Of a DNA stretch of 64,000 bases, positions 23,009 to 35,925 are shown one piece after another (the stretch's first letter is position 1; each line of letters starts with the position of its first letter). The stretch is from contig NC_042998.1 in the NCBI RefSeq assembly GCF_006345805.1, positions 120,094,001 through 120,158,000 on the forward strand, written 5' to 3'. Position numbers and translations under genes: made by a program. The stretch is from Octopus sinensis (lineage: Eukaryota). The notes beneath the pieces are model-generated. The model saw only the letters and a list, made by a program, of their open reading frames with translations, had not been told where the DNA came from and searched no databases.

Positions 23009-23621
23009 CACACTTGGTATTCAGTCTACATTTGACAGTTTGTATAAAAAGAAAAAAAAACAATACTCCATCCAAAAATCAATCTTTTTAAAATATCAAT
23101 AAAGAAATTTCTGAGATTATGGCTGGGAGATAACAGTTCACTCAAAGTAGCTACCCTCAGCCTCCACCACAGCCTCAAGATGGTGCCAGAACTTGACACA
23201 TATATTCCTCACTGTGCCCCTAGATCTTTGAACAACTCCTTGATCCTGGCCACTAGCTCGACTTTGGTGTTGCAGCAACAGTTGGTATCATTGTCAACTG
23301 CACCCCACCTATAGTAATCCATGGGAATATAATTGGAGGAATTAGGCCAGAAATTGGGGCTTGGTGAAGTCATAGAAATTCTCTGACAACCGCTTCTGTC
23401 TCTTTCCGGAGGTATGGCAAGGTTCTGAATCTTGTTGCTACTCAAATGGCTTTCCAGCAGCAACCCTCTCCAGCCAGGTATTGACCATAGTCTCCTGCAG
23501 CTTCACATACCATCTGAATTGAGCTTAAAGGCCTGTTCAAAAGATGTGGGGATGAATTCTGGCATGTGGATGCAGTCAGAACACCTGCTGTGTCCCTTCC
23601 CACAGGCCCTTCCAATATTCA
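23009..23621 (-). mobile_element. maT/DD37D (Bmmar1-like) transposon 3' fossil, cut by the gap
   Basis: WPNSS..PMDYY.WGAV.NDTN..CNTKVELVARIKE motifs; terminal sequence after TA at 23007-23008. Confidence 0.78.
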
Positions 23622-23721
23622 NNNNNNNNNNNNNNNNNNNNNNNNNNNNNNNNNNNNNNNNNNNNNNNNNNNNNNNNNNNNNNNNNNNNNNNNNNNNNNN
23701 NNNNNNNNNNNNNNNNNNNNN
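23622..23721. other. Assembly gap (100 N)
   Basis: Exactly 100 N. The flanks are unrelated elements, so the true size is unknown. Confidence 1.
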
Positions 23722-24451
23722 GTAGTCATGGACAATACTGGTGTCATGTAACTGGTACCTGTGCTGGTAGCATGTAACTGGCACCTGTGCTGGTGTCACA
23801 TAAAACATACCCATTACACTTTCAGAGTGGTTGCTGTTAGAAAGGGCATCCAGCCGTAGAAACCATGTGAAATTAGATTGGAATCTGGTGTAGCCCTCCA
23901 GCTTATCAGTTTCAGTCACACTGTCTAACCATGCCAGCAAAGAAAGCAGATGTTAAATGATGTGTGTATATATACACATGTATATCTATGTGTATGTATT
24001 CAGAACTCTGCTCTGTCTCTCCACTCTCTTCTCTCTTTATTTATTTCTCTCTCTCCAACTGAGGTAGGCATGTATCTCCTCTTCTATTTCTAGACAGCTA
24101 TTTCTGCCCCTCTATTTATATTATAACCTTTCACCACCTGGCACAAAATCACCTCCCTCAATTCTTGTCTCCCATTGGTTGAGAGGTCTTGTCTTGCTAG
24201 TTACTTGTTGACCTCGCTGCTACTAGTGTCATGTAAAAAGCCCTCTGTAGAATGGTTGGCATTAGCATAGGCATCCACCCATAGAAACCATGCTAAAGTA
24301 GACAATGGAGAACACACACACATGCATACATAAATATTCTTATGTTTACACAGGTGTTTAAATACATGTATACATAATTATATATGTGAATGTGCTTATA
24401 TATTCATGTTTAAGTGTGTGTGTGTATCTATCTATATATATGTATGTATTT

Positions 24452-25235
24452 GACATCAACATCATAATCTCTATCTTCCATGCTAATACGAAGCTGGAGG
24501 ATTTCTTTGGTGCTGTTTCTATGATTTGATGCTCTTCCTCATGCCAATCAATTTATAGAGTGTACTGTGTATGATTTTTGTTGTGCCTGCTCTAGTGAAG
24601 TTACCAAGTAACTTACAAGGCAGAAAAAAAACCTCCCTTGATGCAGTGTAGGTGTTGTACAGCAGGAAGTGACTTTATGCCAGGTGTTGAGAGCTAAAAT
24701 ATAGATGGATGGGAATAGGAGTTTGGCTGCAGAAATGTATGATCACCTCATATTATATAAGGGTGAGTGGGAGTATTTGGAAAAAGAGATAAAGATTTTA
24801 CTGAGAAGCTCTCAGTGCATACTCTTAAGATGGAAGGTGAGTATGAGAGAGAATAGTGACAGAGGATCGGTTTAGAATCTATGGATAAGATCTCAAGGCT
24901 GTGAGATTAGAGATGGGGGTTGTGGTGAATGTAATAAATGGTGAACTAGAGTGGAGCTGTGCTCAATGTTAAATATAATTTTGGTGTTGGGAAGTGAAAG
25001 AAATAGCAGTGGAGATGGTAAGTGGCTGTAGAGATTGGGTGGAGTGTCACAGTATAATAAAACAGCAGATAAATGAAAAATAGGCGGATGAAGTGTGGCG
25101 TGAATGCGTGTGAAAGAGAGATGTATAGTACAGAGATGAAGGTTAGAGGAACATAAGGATGTATGGAGTGGCAAAGAAGTGGTGGTGTCAATGGCAGATA
25201 TGAGGCTGTTGAGATAAACATATATCTGTAAGTTT
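24452..25235 (-). mobile_element. CT-rich non-autonomous element with RTE-type tail (other copies about 24000-24310 +, 27180-27735 -, 30495-31450 -, 32640-32950 -, 41215-41795 +)
   Basis: Shared motifs AGGAAGTGACTTTATGCCAGGTG and TTGCTGTAGAG..TACATGGCTAC..CACAT..TATA adjoining the tail. Confidence 0.6.
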
Positions 25236-25438
25236 ATGAGCATAGGTTTTTCTGCATTTGTATTATGTCCATTGTGCATGCTGGCATGGGTTGGATGGTT
25301 TGACCAGGGCTGGCAAGCTGGAAGGCTGCACCAGACTCATTTTGTCTTGGCGTGGTTTCTACAGCTAGATGCCCTTCTTAATGTCAACCATTCCGAGAGT
25401 GTAATGGGTGCTTTTACGTGCCACCAGCATACTGTGTA

Positions 25439-25478
<40 letters not shown>

Positions 25479-25555
25479 TACACTGTATAGATATTTATAT
25501 ACACACACGTGTGTGCATGTGTATACATGTACCTAAAAGTATATATATATATATA

Positions 25556-25817
25556 TCAGCCTCGCCTGGCCTCCGTGCCGGTGGCACGTAAAAAACACCA
25601 TCCAAGCGTGGCCGTTCGCCAGCCTCGTCTGGCACCTGTGTCGGTGGCACATAAAAAGCACCCACTACACTCACGGAGTGGTTGGCGTTAGGAAGGGCAT
25701 CCAGCTGTAGAAACACCACCAGATCTGACTGGCCTGGTGCAGCCTTCAGGCTTCCCAGACTCCAGTTGAACCGTCCAACCCATGCTAGCATGGAAAGCAG
25801 ACGTTAAACGATGATGA

Positions 25818-25820
<3 letters not shown>
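25556..25820 (+). mobile_element. Young 5'-truncated RTE 3' end (2 tandem units + tail); an opposed older tail lies at 25255-25430 (-)
   Basis: Near-identical to 54250-54527, CpGs intact. Confidence 0.92.
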
Positions 25821-25853
<33 letters not shown>

Positions 25854-25927
25854 GCATCTATATGTAAATATGCGTGTGTGTGCATATGTATATTTATATG
25901 CACACACGCACACACATATAGTATTCT

Positions 25928-27180
25928 GACCTGGAGTTTGTTTAGGACCCCACAAATGAAGATCCTGACCCTCCTAATGATGCTCAGCAGGGAAATTGTT
26001 GTTGTCGCTTCTATCTCATTTGTTATTGTATGGGTTAAGTGTTGCTGCCTCGTGGTCTGTGGAAATGCTCATTCTTTCCAGCACTGAATCAGCAGTTTGT
26101 GTGAGTGACATAACAGGGTGCCATCCAATCCTGGTGCCTTACCAGTAGGGGAGAGATAATCAATAGTTTTGCTCTTTTTTTCAACAATTGACAGAGTACC
26201 CAGTTCCTCCATCACTGACTGACATTCCATGGTATCTTGCACACTGAAATGGTTTAATTTTGTGGAATATTACCATCTTTCCATTTGCTTGCCTTTATCT
26301 TTGATGGTCTCACCTGTTATGGTTTATGGTGATGTTATCTTGCTCATGGTTGGGCCATTGGCCTTCTTTATGCTTTCATATATTCCATGGATATCCTCTG
26401 TATCAAATGATGATTGATACCTTTGCAAAGCTGTAGCCAATAGTCATTTGCTCAGTGTCTGATTGTTCTCTGGGCTTGCAACTTTCTAATCTTAATATTT
26501 GTATGGTTGCCTGGATGGGTGTGGAATTTATGTTCAAGTAGTGCAACACATTTTGCTTCATTGAAAGTGGTGAGTTTGCCCAGAATAACTTCAAACCAAT
26601 CCTGTGTTTTGCAACATTTCTTACCAAAAGTTTTCAGATGAACATTGCGGATAGAGACCCTGAGAGAATCCCACCTCATCTGTAATCTGATGAACTAAGC
26701 ACCCACTACACTCACGGAGTGGTTGGCGTTAGGAAGGGCATCCAGCTGTAGAAACATTGCCAGATAAGACTGGAGCCTGGTGCAGCCTTCTGGCTTCCCA
26801 GATCCCCGGTCGAACCGTCCAACCCATGCTAGCATGGAGAACGGACGTTAAACGATGATGATGATGATGTTATAGTAACATCAATATGCTGCTTGCTGGT
26901 TGGCTTCATATTATGCATCTTTTTTGGCTGCAGTCAGATCTTGCAGCAAACCAATAAGTGATCCATGTAGTATTCTGGATGATAGCATCTTGTAATTATA
27001 GGCTCTAGTTAGTGCCAGTGTTTGGAATGAGGATCTTCTCCCTATGACAATTACAAGAAAAATGCACAGTGCAAAGACAATCACTCTACATTGTTGGCCT
27101 CATGAAGGCTTTTGACCTTGCGAGCAGAGACTGCCTATTCAAAATTCTTGTCACCATGCATTTTATAAGCCTATGTTATG
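25928..27180. mobile_element. BovB-type RTE fossil with inverted 5' segment (minus 25928-27032, plus 27033-27180), interrupted by a young tail at 26697-26868
   Basis: Minus: HSKHWH.L..IITR..VCCKI.LQPKK, WDSLR..FGKK..QDWFE, CANDYW.QLC, ISLLSII..VLNKLQV. Plus: IFSL.QLQEKC..LYI..KAFDLASRDCLFKIL. Confidence 0.8.
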
Positions 27181-27739
27181 CTTGGAGATAAGGGATGAGA
27201 AAGGGGTAAAATTAGAGAAGGGAGCAGAGGAGGTTTCTTGCTGTAGAGAGGAGCTACATGGCTACTCACATTTTAGAAGAGAGATTGGGTGGAGCTAGAA
27301 AGGGATAAAAAGATATGAAGTGGACTTTCAAGGTATGAGGTGGCTAGAAATGAGTGGGGCAGAGGGGCCAAGATTAGAATATGACTAACAGTGTGGAGCT
27401 GCAGAATAGTTATATTGAAACAGTAGACAAGAGAAGGATGAGAGAGAAGTGGTATTGAATAAGTTGTAGGAGTGGGTGGAGAACAGATAGGCAAAGTGCA
27501 TGAGGAAGGTGAAAAATACATGGGGTGGGAGAGGAGAGATAATTTGGTGGCTCAGTGAAGAGATGGGGCAATCAGTAAAAGTGTGGAGAGAACAGTATTA
27601 ATGGATGAAGGGTGGATAACAAGTGAAATTGTTCTGGGTTGTAAGAAAAGTAATATTAAGAAAGAGATAGTCAAGGAGGTAATGGAAAGTCGTGGTGTCT
27701 TAAGAAGGAAAGAAATTGGGCAAAAGGCCCAGTCATGCA

Positions 27740-27996
<257 letters not shown>

Positions 27997-28029
27997 AAGA
28001 AAGAAACATGCGCATACACACACAGCTCT

Positions 28030-28446
28030 ACCTGAACTCCAGCTTTGTCGAGGTGGGTAAGCCTTCCCAAGAACCACATGTTGGCAGTCATCCTGATCCT
28101 TTGACGTCACCTCTGAGGTTTAAAGTCCTGAGATCAGCCTTCACCTCTTCATCCTGTTTTTCTGGGTCTCCCCTCTTCCACAAGCTCCATCCACATTGTG
28201 ATCAGTGCTTCTTTATAGAACTGTCTTCATCCATACACATACTTGTACACTGTATCTAATTCCTCTTATGCCCAGTTTTTCTCTCAACACATTTGTACAG
28301 GCCTCGATGCACAACTTACATTGCACATCCAACAGAGCATGCTTGCTTCATTTCTTTCCTGGAGGTTGGTGCAGTCCTCTGATTTGCTAGCACCTGTAAA
28401 ACAGTCCAACCCATGCCAGCATGGGAAACAAATATTAAATGATGAT
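28030..28446. mobile_element. RTE fossil: minus-strand ORF end (28030-28360) fused to a plus-strand 3' tail (28360-28446)
   Basis: Minus: RNEASMLCWMCNV..REKLGIRGI..CGRGRPRK. Plus: TGGTGCAG..CCAACCCATGCCAGCATGG..TAAATGATGAT. Confidence 0.75.
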
Positions 28447-28481
28447 ATATATATGTATGTGTCTATATGTGTGTGTGAATA

Positions 28482-29360
28482 TGTGGTTTGATCAATAAGT
28501 ATCTGGACTGTTGCTATAGTAATGAAGCTAAAGCATGGAGAGTGAAGCTGCTTGGCACAAATTGACGATAAACTCTGCTGTGCATGTGCACTAAGTTTTA
28601 ACATTCTAGCACACTTCTGCTGTTTACAACAGTGCTTGAAAAGAAGGTGTGTAGTGTGTAATTGTCACATTGACCATGACAGAGAAAGTTGAGCAGCGAA
28701 TCTGCATCAAATTTTGCCAAAAGCTTGGTGATACTTGTTCAGAGACCTACGCAAAGTTTTCAGAAAGTTTTCATTGTTCTTGACACAATCAGAATCTTGT
28801 GCAACTGAAACCTGAGTGTCTTTTTAGTTAGCTGAAAGCAGTTTTGGCACAAACTTGGCAGACAAGTGTCTCGTACCCAAATCTTCAGTGATAATGGATT
28901 AAACTGAACCATAACTAATCTGCACATCCTCTGATAACTCACGGATGGTGATTCGAGGATTTCCCCTCACAGCTGCATGCACATCTGTGATGTTTTTGTC
29001 GGTTCTGCTGGTTGTGGGTCTCTCAGAATGTTCGTCAATATCAACATTATTTCGGCCATCTTGGAAACGTCCAAACTACTTGTACACTTGCGTGTGGCTC
29101 ATACATTCCTCTCCATACTCTTTCTGCAACTTGTGTAGACCCCTGAGCAGGTATCGCCATGACAACTTTCTCTGTTATGGTCACACACTACACACTTTCC
29201 TTCCAAGTACTGCTGTAAATAGCGGAAGTGAGCTAGAAGGTTAAAACTTAGTGTGCATGTGGAGCAGAGTTCAAGGTCAATCTGTGCCAAGCAGCTTCAC
29301 TCTGTATGCTTTAGCTTCATTACTATGGTAACAGTCTTGATACTTATTGATCAGACCTTG
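28482..29360. mobile_element. Mariner-derived fold-back element made of two 5' ends, TA flanks
   Basis: Both ends read TIR + leader + transposase start inward (MTEKVEQRICIKFC on the left; ..ITIRELSEDV..LSAKFVPKLL from the right). The arms are 84/100 identical over the first 100 nt (hand alignment). Confidence 0.88.
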
Positions 29361-29522
29361 TATATACATACACACTCACAAACACACTATAGAGCAGAGA
29401 AATCAGGAGTCAATGCCTTTTCTCTATAAATATCCTAACCGTTAACCTGTATTATTAATTTTTTATAACTTGCATTGTTTTGACTTTAAAAAAATATATT
29501 TAAAGCATTTATGTATGTGATT

Positions 29523-30160
29523 TGTATATCATACTTAAAGCATATATGCTATTCAAGCCTTCCAAACTGGTATTTGTCTCAAGAAAGCATCTCTTATAGA
29601 CATATGGTGTTAAAAAACATAGAAGTACATCAGCAGTTGAAATTCACCCAACAATTGTAGTAGTTTTCTTAAATCTGGATTTCTACTTTTTTGATGTTCA
29701 TCAGTAGTAAGTACCGTCTGACATCACAACCAAAATTGGTTGGGTATTAGCTGATATAGTTAAACTGATTGAAAGGTCACTGAAGTCACATTTAGAGTAT
29801 GTATATACTGTTGAAAGCCCAATAAACTGTGGTGCTTGTCTCAAGGAAGTGTCTCATATACACACATAGCATTAAAAAATGCAAAAATACATCAGGCAAC
29901 CTTTCAGTGTTTAACTATATCAGCTAGGGGCTGATTTCCACTTGACATTTGATCCCATTAAATACTTGCTACTAATGAAGCTTAGAAAAGTAAAAATCCT
30001 GAATTAATAATGCTACTGTTGTGGTTGGGCATTTTCCCCAGGCAACTAATATATTTCTGTGCTTTTTAACATTACATGTCCGTAAGAGGTGCTTCTTGAA
30101 GATGAATATTGCAGTTTAGTAGGCTTTCAAAAGTATATATGCTTTAAGTATGATATACAG
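29523..30160. repeat. Old ~115-bp inverted repeat (29523-29640 / 30045-30160) with a third direct copy at about 29790-29900
   Basis: TGTATATCATACTTAAAGCATATAT matches exactly in reverse complement; similarity continues degenerately. Confidence 0.7.
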
Positions 30161-31495
30161 ATTGCTAATTTGAACTAATACTGGTCCCATCACAAGTAAT
30201 GAATATATATATACATATATATATATATCATCATCATCGTTTAACAACATCTGCCTTCCATGCTGGCATGGGTGGGACGGTTTGACAGGGGCTGGCTGGG
30301 TAGAAGATGCACCAGACTTCTGTGACTGTTTTGGCAGGATTTTTATAGAGTACAGTATAAAGCTCGTCCACCTTCAGATTTCACCCTGTGCTATCCAGTA
30401 GTAGTATTATACATACTTCCAGGTTTGCATTTGGGCTTCTGTTGTGCGTGCGTGAGTAGATAATTGAAAAATGTTTTCAGTTGTATATGTGTGTATATGT
30501 ATATACTGTCATTATCATCTTTTAATAGCCATGCTGGCATGGAAGATAGTGTGTCATGGTCTGATAAATCTGACCGCATTGTGGCTGCTTCAGCATGGCT
30601 TCTTTGGTTCACAATGGAGGAAGATAGCTTTGGACTTGGCAGTAAGAATCTAAAGTATGAAAAAAGGGGCCAAGGCCAAACAGGTTTCCTTGTTGCAGAG
30701 TAATTACATGGTAACTCAAATTATAGAAGAATGGGCAGGAAGTAACTTGAGGTGGAAGATAGAATAGTGATGAAGTGTCAGGGTGGACTTTGAAGTTACA
30801 AGGTGAATAGAAGTGAGTGGAAACAAAATAGGGAGTGAAGGTGTGTAGAAGTTGCGAGAGTTTAAAGGGAGTGTGAAGGATGGTTAAATGATAAATATGC
30901 ATTGGAGGGAAAATAGGAAGACTAGGTGGTGATGACTAAAGGTTTGGTAGGAGTGAGGGGTGGATGCAGTGAATGGTGGACAAAAGCAGAGGCGTGACTA
31001 GTGGTACATATGAGTTGGGGGAAGGTAGGGAAGAGTAGTTGATGACTGATTGTACAGAAGGAGGTGAAGAGTAGAAGAATAACAATAGGGGAAGGATGAG
31101 AGAGTAAGGGAGAAGATGCGTGTGTGGGTATATTGTATGAGAGTGAAGGAAGAGGCAAATGTCGCACATGCAGAGAGTGAGTGATGCATGGTGGTTAAGA
31201 AGGTGAGATAATTTGGTAGCACAGAAGCATGATCAGTGTAAAATCTAAGTGGAGAGTGACAATAATAAGAATTATGGTTGGATGCCAAAATGAAGTAGTT
31301 TTGGGAAGTGATAAAGATAACTGGTATCACAGAAAAAGATGATGAAATATGTGGTTCTGATCTTGTAGAACAGCAGAATGCTGTTGTTATGCAGGCAATG
31401 AAAGGATCAATGATGGGTGGGAAAGGTTTGAGTAGGAAATCAGTGAGGGAGCAGATTTGTGCATGTATATATGCATATATATATATATCTTTCTT

Positions 31496-31534
<39 letters not shown>

Positions 31535-31599
31535 GTTTGTATGTATATACACAAACACACTATTGTTTCAAAATACAGAATACCAGTTTCATTGATATG

Positions 31600-32610
31600 G
31601 GTCATCCTTCTTAAACACCATATATCTCCATCATCATGGTTTTTCATCATCTCCATGAAATTCAAAGTTCTGAGATAAGCCTTAACCATTTTGTCCTCTA
31701 TATTCCAGGATTTTCCTCTTCCGCAACTCCATTAACTTCATGTCCAGCACTGTTTTATACAGCTGTTGTCATCCATACTCATCATATGTGCAACTGTCTT
31801 TCTTGTACATTTCCTCCTCAACACATTTGTACTTTGTTGTTCATGCATATGTATGTTGCACATCTAACAGAGTGTACTAACTTCATTTCTTTTTTAGTTT
31901 TCTCAAGTCCTTTGTATTTAGGGCTCATGCTTCACTATCATATAGCAGTGTAGTTCATACACAAGCATCATACAATCTACTTTTTGCTCTGAGAAACCTG
32001 TTAACAGAAATAAAAATTATCTGATCTTTCTCCAACCTATTCTATACTTTCAGAATGTACTCCTTCACTGCTAATTAGGTAACCTGGGTATCAGAAGCTA
32101 TCTACTACCTTGAGGGATCCTCCTGGGCATTCCAGAAAACCTATTTCCTGTGTGCTTTTAGTGATTATTGCTCCTCAGCATTTGTCATATATAAGGTCCA
32201 CTTTCTCTAATAACCTGTAATACCTCTGCATCTCTTGTGTGTCCATGGTTAGCATTTTGTAGCAACTCCTTTCCTACATATTGAGCAAAGCCATTTCTCT
32301 AATGAGAGCAGGGATCTGTCTATTTTCCTACTTACTAAACCATTGGTCTTGGCTAAGTTGATTTTAGGTCTTACTTCCACATTTGGAAGTTATTTTCTAA
32401 TTCTACTACAGATTCAGCTATAAAAACAAGGTCGTCAACATAAAAGGGTTCACGTGAGCAGTCAGTCTTAATTTCCTTTGTTATGGCCTGAAGGACTTTG
32501 ATGAATAGCAAATGTCTGAGAACTAAACTCTGATGAATTTCTACCTGCACACTAAATTGATTGCTGTACTCATTAACATTCACCATAATGACAGCACCTG
32601 TATATATAGA
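31600..32610 (-). mobile_element. Old RTE fossil (same lineage as the 50-54 kb element)
   Basis: EYSNQFSVQVEIHQ..LLFI.VLQAIT.E.KT.C..E..YVDDLV.IAES..ELE..FQ.WK and downstream thumb-region fragments. Confidence 0.78.
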
Positions 32611-33654
32611 TTGTACCTTATACGTTTGTCTACCATCTCTTAAAGTCTGAGGGAAGGGGTCAGAACAGGTTTCTTACTGGTTTCTACATGGCTACCCACA
32701 ATATAGAAAAGTAGATGGGAGTGGCCCAGGTAGAGTTGGAAAGAGATAAAAATAGTGATGATAAGGTGTCAAGGTGGCCACTTAACAAACAAGGTGAATA
32801 AAAGTGAATGGGATCAGGAGACCAGGGTGTATGGGTGGGTAGAGGTTGCAAGAATAAGGGAGATGGTTGTTGAGGGCTAATAAGTAGATAGTGTCGGGAA
32901 GAGTAGGTGACAACTATAGAAATTTGGTAGGGTTAAAGGGGTGGATGTATTTATGTGTGTGTGTTCATATGTATGTATACATATATATGTTTGTGTATAT
33001 ACATATGTATGTGTGTATATGTAAAAAACATGTTGGTCCACATACAAGGCATCCATACTGGTTCACGTAAATAGCACTTGTGCTAGTCCATGTAAAAAGC
33101 ACCCATCACTCTCTGTAAAGTGATTGGCTGTAGAAACCAAGCCAAATCAGACTGATACAGCTCTGGTCAAACCATCCAACCCATGCCAACATGGAAAATG
33201 GACATTATATAATGATAAGGCTGATGAAGTTATATGTATTTGCATATATATATATACACATGTATGAATGTGTGTGCATGTAGATATGTATGAGTATTTG
33301 TATATGCATGTATATGTAATAGCATTTATCAAAAATAAGGATCAAAGGTCCTTCTCGAGTCATAGGTTCATAAGCCATCTTCCTGGATTCTGTGGTGTAT
33401 ATATTCCTTTGGATAGGATGCCAAACTATTGCAGGAATATGCATTTTATATATACATATATTATCAACCACATATACTTAATGCACATGCTTCATGCATT
33501 TGCCAATAAGCTGCTTGGCATAGTGGAGAATACTCTCTCAAAGTAACAGGTGTAAAATCACCTTAGAATCATGGACAAGCAAGACTGCCATTTTTGTAGC
33601 TTTGTTGGGAGCATGCCATGAGCTTATAAGTCATAATGGGTACATGATGTTATG

Positions 33655-33759
33655 GCTCCCAATCACAAGTGTCTTGTACTATAGCTGTGGGCTGACCAAA
33701 GGGTTGTGAGTGGATTTGGCAGATGGAAAATGAGAAAAGCCCTTTGCGTGTGTGAATGA

Positions 33760-33807
<48 letters not shown>

Positions 33808-34070
33808 TCTATGTATATGAATGCATGTATATTTGTATCTCCTTGTCTTGACATTGCCTGATAGTTGCTAAATAATTGTCAAGCAGTGTCATTGATTTTC
33901 AATATTCTGAGAACATGTCTGGCCATGAAGGAATATTGCCTAGCTTGGAATCGTGTGAGTTGGTAACATGAAGGGTATCCAGCCATAGAAAAAAATATGC
34001 CTTGCTAAACTCTGTCTGACCCATGCTAGCATGGAAAAGTTAATGTTAAAATTATCATGATGGTGATGAT
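33655..34070 (+). mobile_element. tRNA-SINE head 1 + tail A, head eroded
   Basis: CAAGTGTCTTGTACTATAGC..GTGAGTGGATTTGGCAGATGGAAA..(TA)n..GACCCATGCTAGCATGGAAAAG. Confidence 0.75.
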
Positions 34071-34149
34071 ATATATATATATATATATAGGGGAGAAGTC
34101 TGTCTACAAAAATGAAAGTCACACTTACCATTGTTGCTGGTGATAGGAA

Positions 34150-35925
34150 GGAGACTTGGAAATGCTGTTATGAGAGCTTGACTATGGAGAATGTGTAGAA
34201 TAAAGAGGGGGCTACCTCATTCTGACCTAACTTAGGGCCCAATAATTCAGGTTGACAGTAGTGTGGTGATAAAATGATTAATGATAGGATACATGGCAGT
34301 TGCCTGATAGTTGCTTGAATCAAGTTATACAGCAAAGTGTTATACCCAAATGACTGGCATAGTGGATTGTTGTTAACTGGTAGAAGGTTAAAGGAAATGC
34401 TTTAGAAAGAGGAAATTATAGAGGCATCAAATTAGGCTGTGGATGTCACAGAGAAAGTCACAGCACAATTGATCTGAGATAGTTTAGATGAAATGTAGTT
34501 TGGTTTCATGCTTGTAAGAAGTTATCACAAATACAATCTTCCTTGTAAGACAACTACAGGGGAAATACTTAGCGAAGAGTAAACTGCTGTCTGGTATTCA
34601 TTGATTTGGAGAAGGCTTTGATAGGGTGCCATACTCTGTAATCGGGTGGTCACTAAGGAAATTAGGTATTGATGAATAGCTTGTTAGGGTTGTCCAATCT
34701 GTGTGCAAAGGTATTGTAAGTAGAGTCAGTAGTATGTTCATTGAGAAATTTAGTGTGGAGATAGGAGTTTGTCAAGGCTCAGTCCTCAGCCCTCTCCCAT
34801 TCATCATAGTCTTATAAGCCATCACAGATGAGTTTAAGGCTGGATGTCCAAAGGAACTCCTTTATGCTGATTATCTAGTTATAGGGTGGAATTAGAGAAA
34901 TTCCATTCAAGGAAGCAACACCTGGAATTGTAGAAGCCTTAAGGGTAAACTTAGCAAAGACTAAGATAGGAGCAAACTTAGCAAATAACATCCATGAGGC
35001 TAATGGTGATGATGATGATGAAATACTTGTGACTCAGTCTTTGCTTAAGGTTTCTTAATTTCAGATTTTGCTTCCATGACTGGAATTTCTTCTCTAATTC
35101 CACTATAGATTCAGTTATAAGAACTAGATCATCAGCATATGGGAATTCTCAGACTGTGATGACCTGGAAATATGTCAGAAAGAAAACAGATCCCTGGTAC
35201 CATCAGGAAAATGGCTATGCTTGGCATGCAGAAAAGATGTTGGTATAAACTCTATCTGCTGAACCCAATGTAATCTATGGTCATGCAAGAGATGTTATGG
35301 GTAACAGGTAGGCTACTACTGGAGTAGTACGTACTAAGAACACACCGGAAATAGATTCTCTTTAATGCCTTGCTGGCTTGCTGAAAGTAGTTGATAAATT
35401 CTGTTTCCTAGGTGACATAATCAACAAGTGTCATAGTTGTTCAGAAAAGGTAGTATCCAGGATGAGTTGGGAAAAATTCACTGAGTTACAGCTCTGCAGA
35501 CAGCAAAGGTCTTTTCCCACTGAGTGAAGGATAGATGTGATATTTGTGTTAGAGCTGCTATGCTGCATGGCAGTGAGACATGGGTCTCTAATAAAGAAAG
35601 TTAGGAAGAAATGAGGCAAGCATGCTCTGTTGGGTTTGTCATGTTAGTTTGCATAAACACCTGAGTGCAAATGAACTGAGGAAAAACTGAGTATAATTTG
35701 GATCAAGTATTGTGTACAAAGGACTAGGCTATGTAGATATAGGCATGTAATGCATGTGGAAGACGACTGCTGCATAAGTAAGTGGTGAAGGGTTTCCAGT
35801 TAATGGAACTTGTGGAAGGGGGATACCAAGGAAAGGATGGGGACAGTGACTTGAAGATGCTGCATCTTAAAGAGGTGACAAAGGGTGTGATGTGGTTGCA
35901 GAAAGTGTTTGACGACTATGATTGG
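34150..35925 (+). mobile_element. Old RTE fossil with PHD remnant and an inverted internal fragment at about 35020-35160
   Basis: Colinear with 52160-53830: NYRGIKL, QFGF, DLEKAFDRVP, QGSVLSPL, YAD, PSGKWLCLACRKDVGINSIC.TQCNLW, LHGSETW, CGRG.PRK. Confidence 0.8.
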
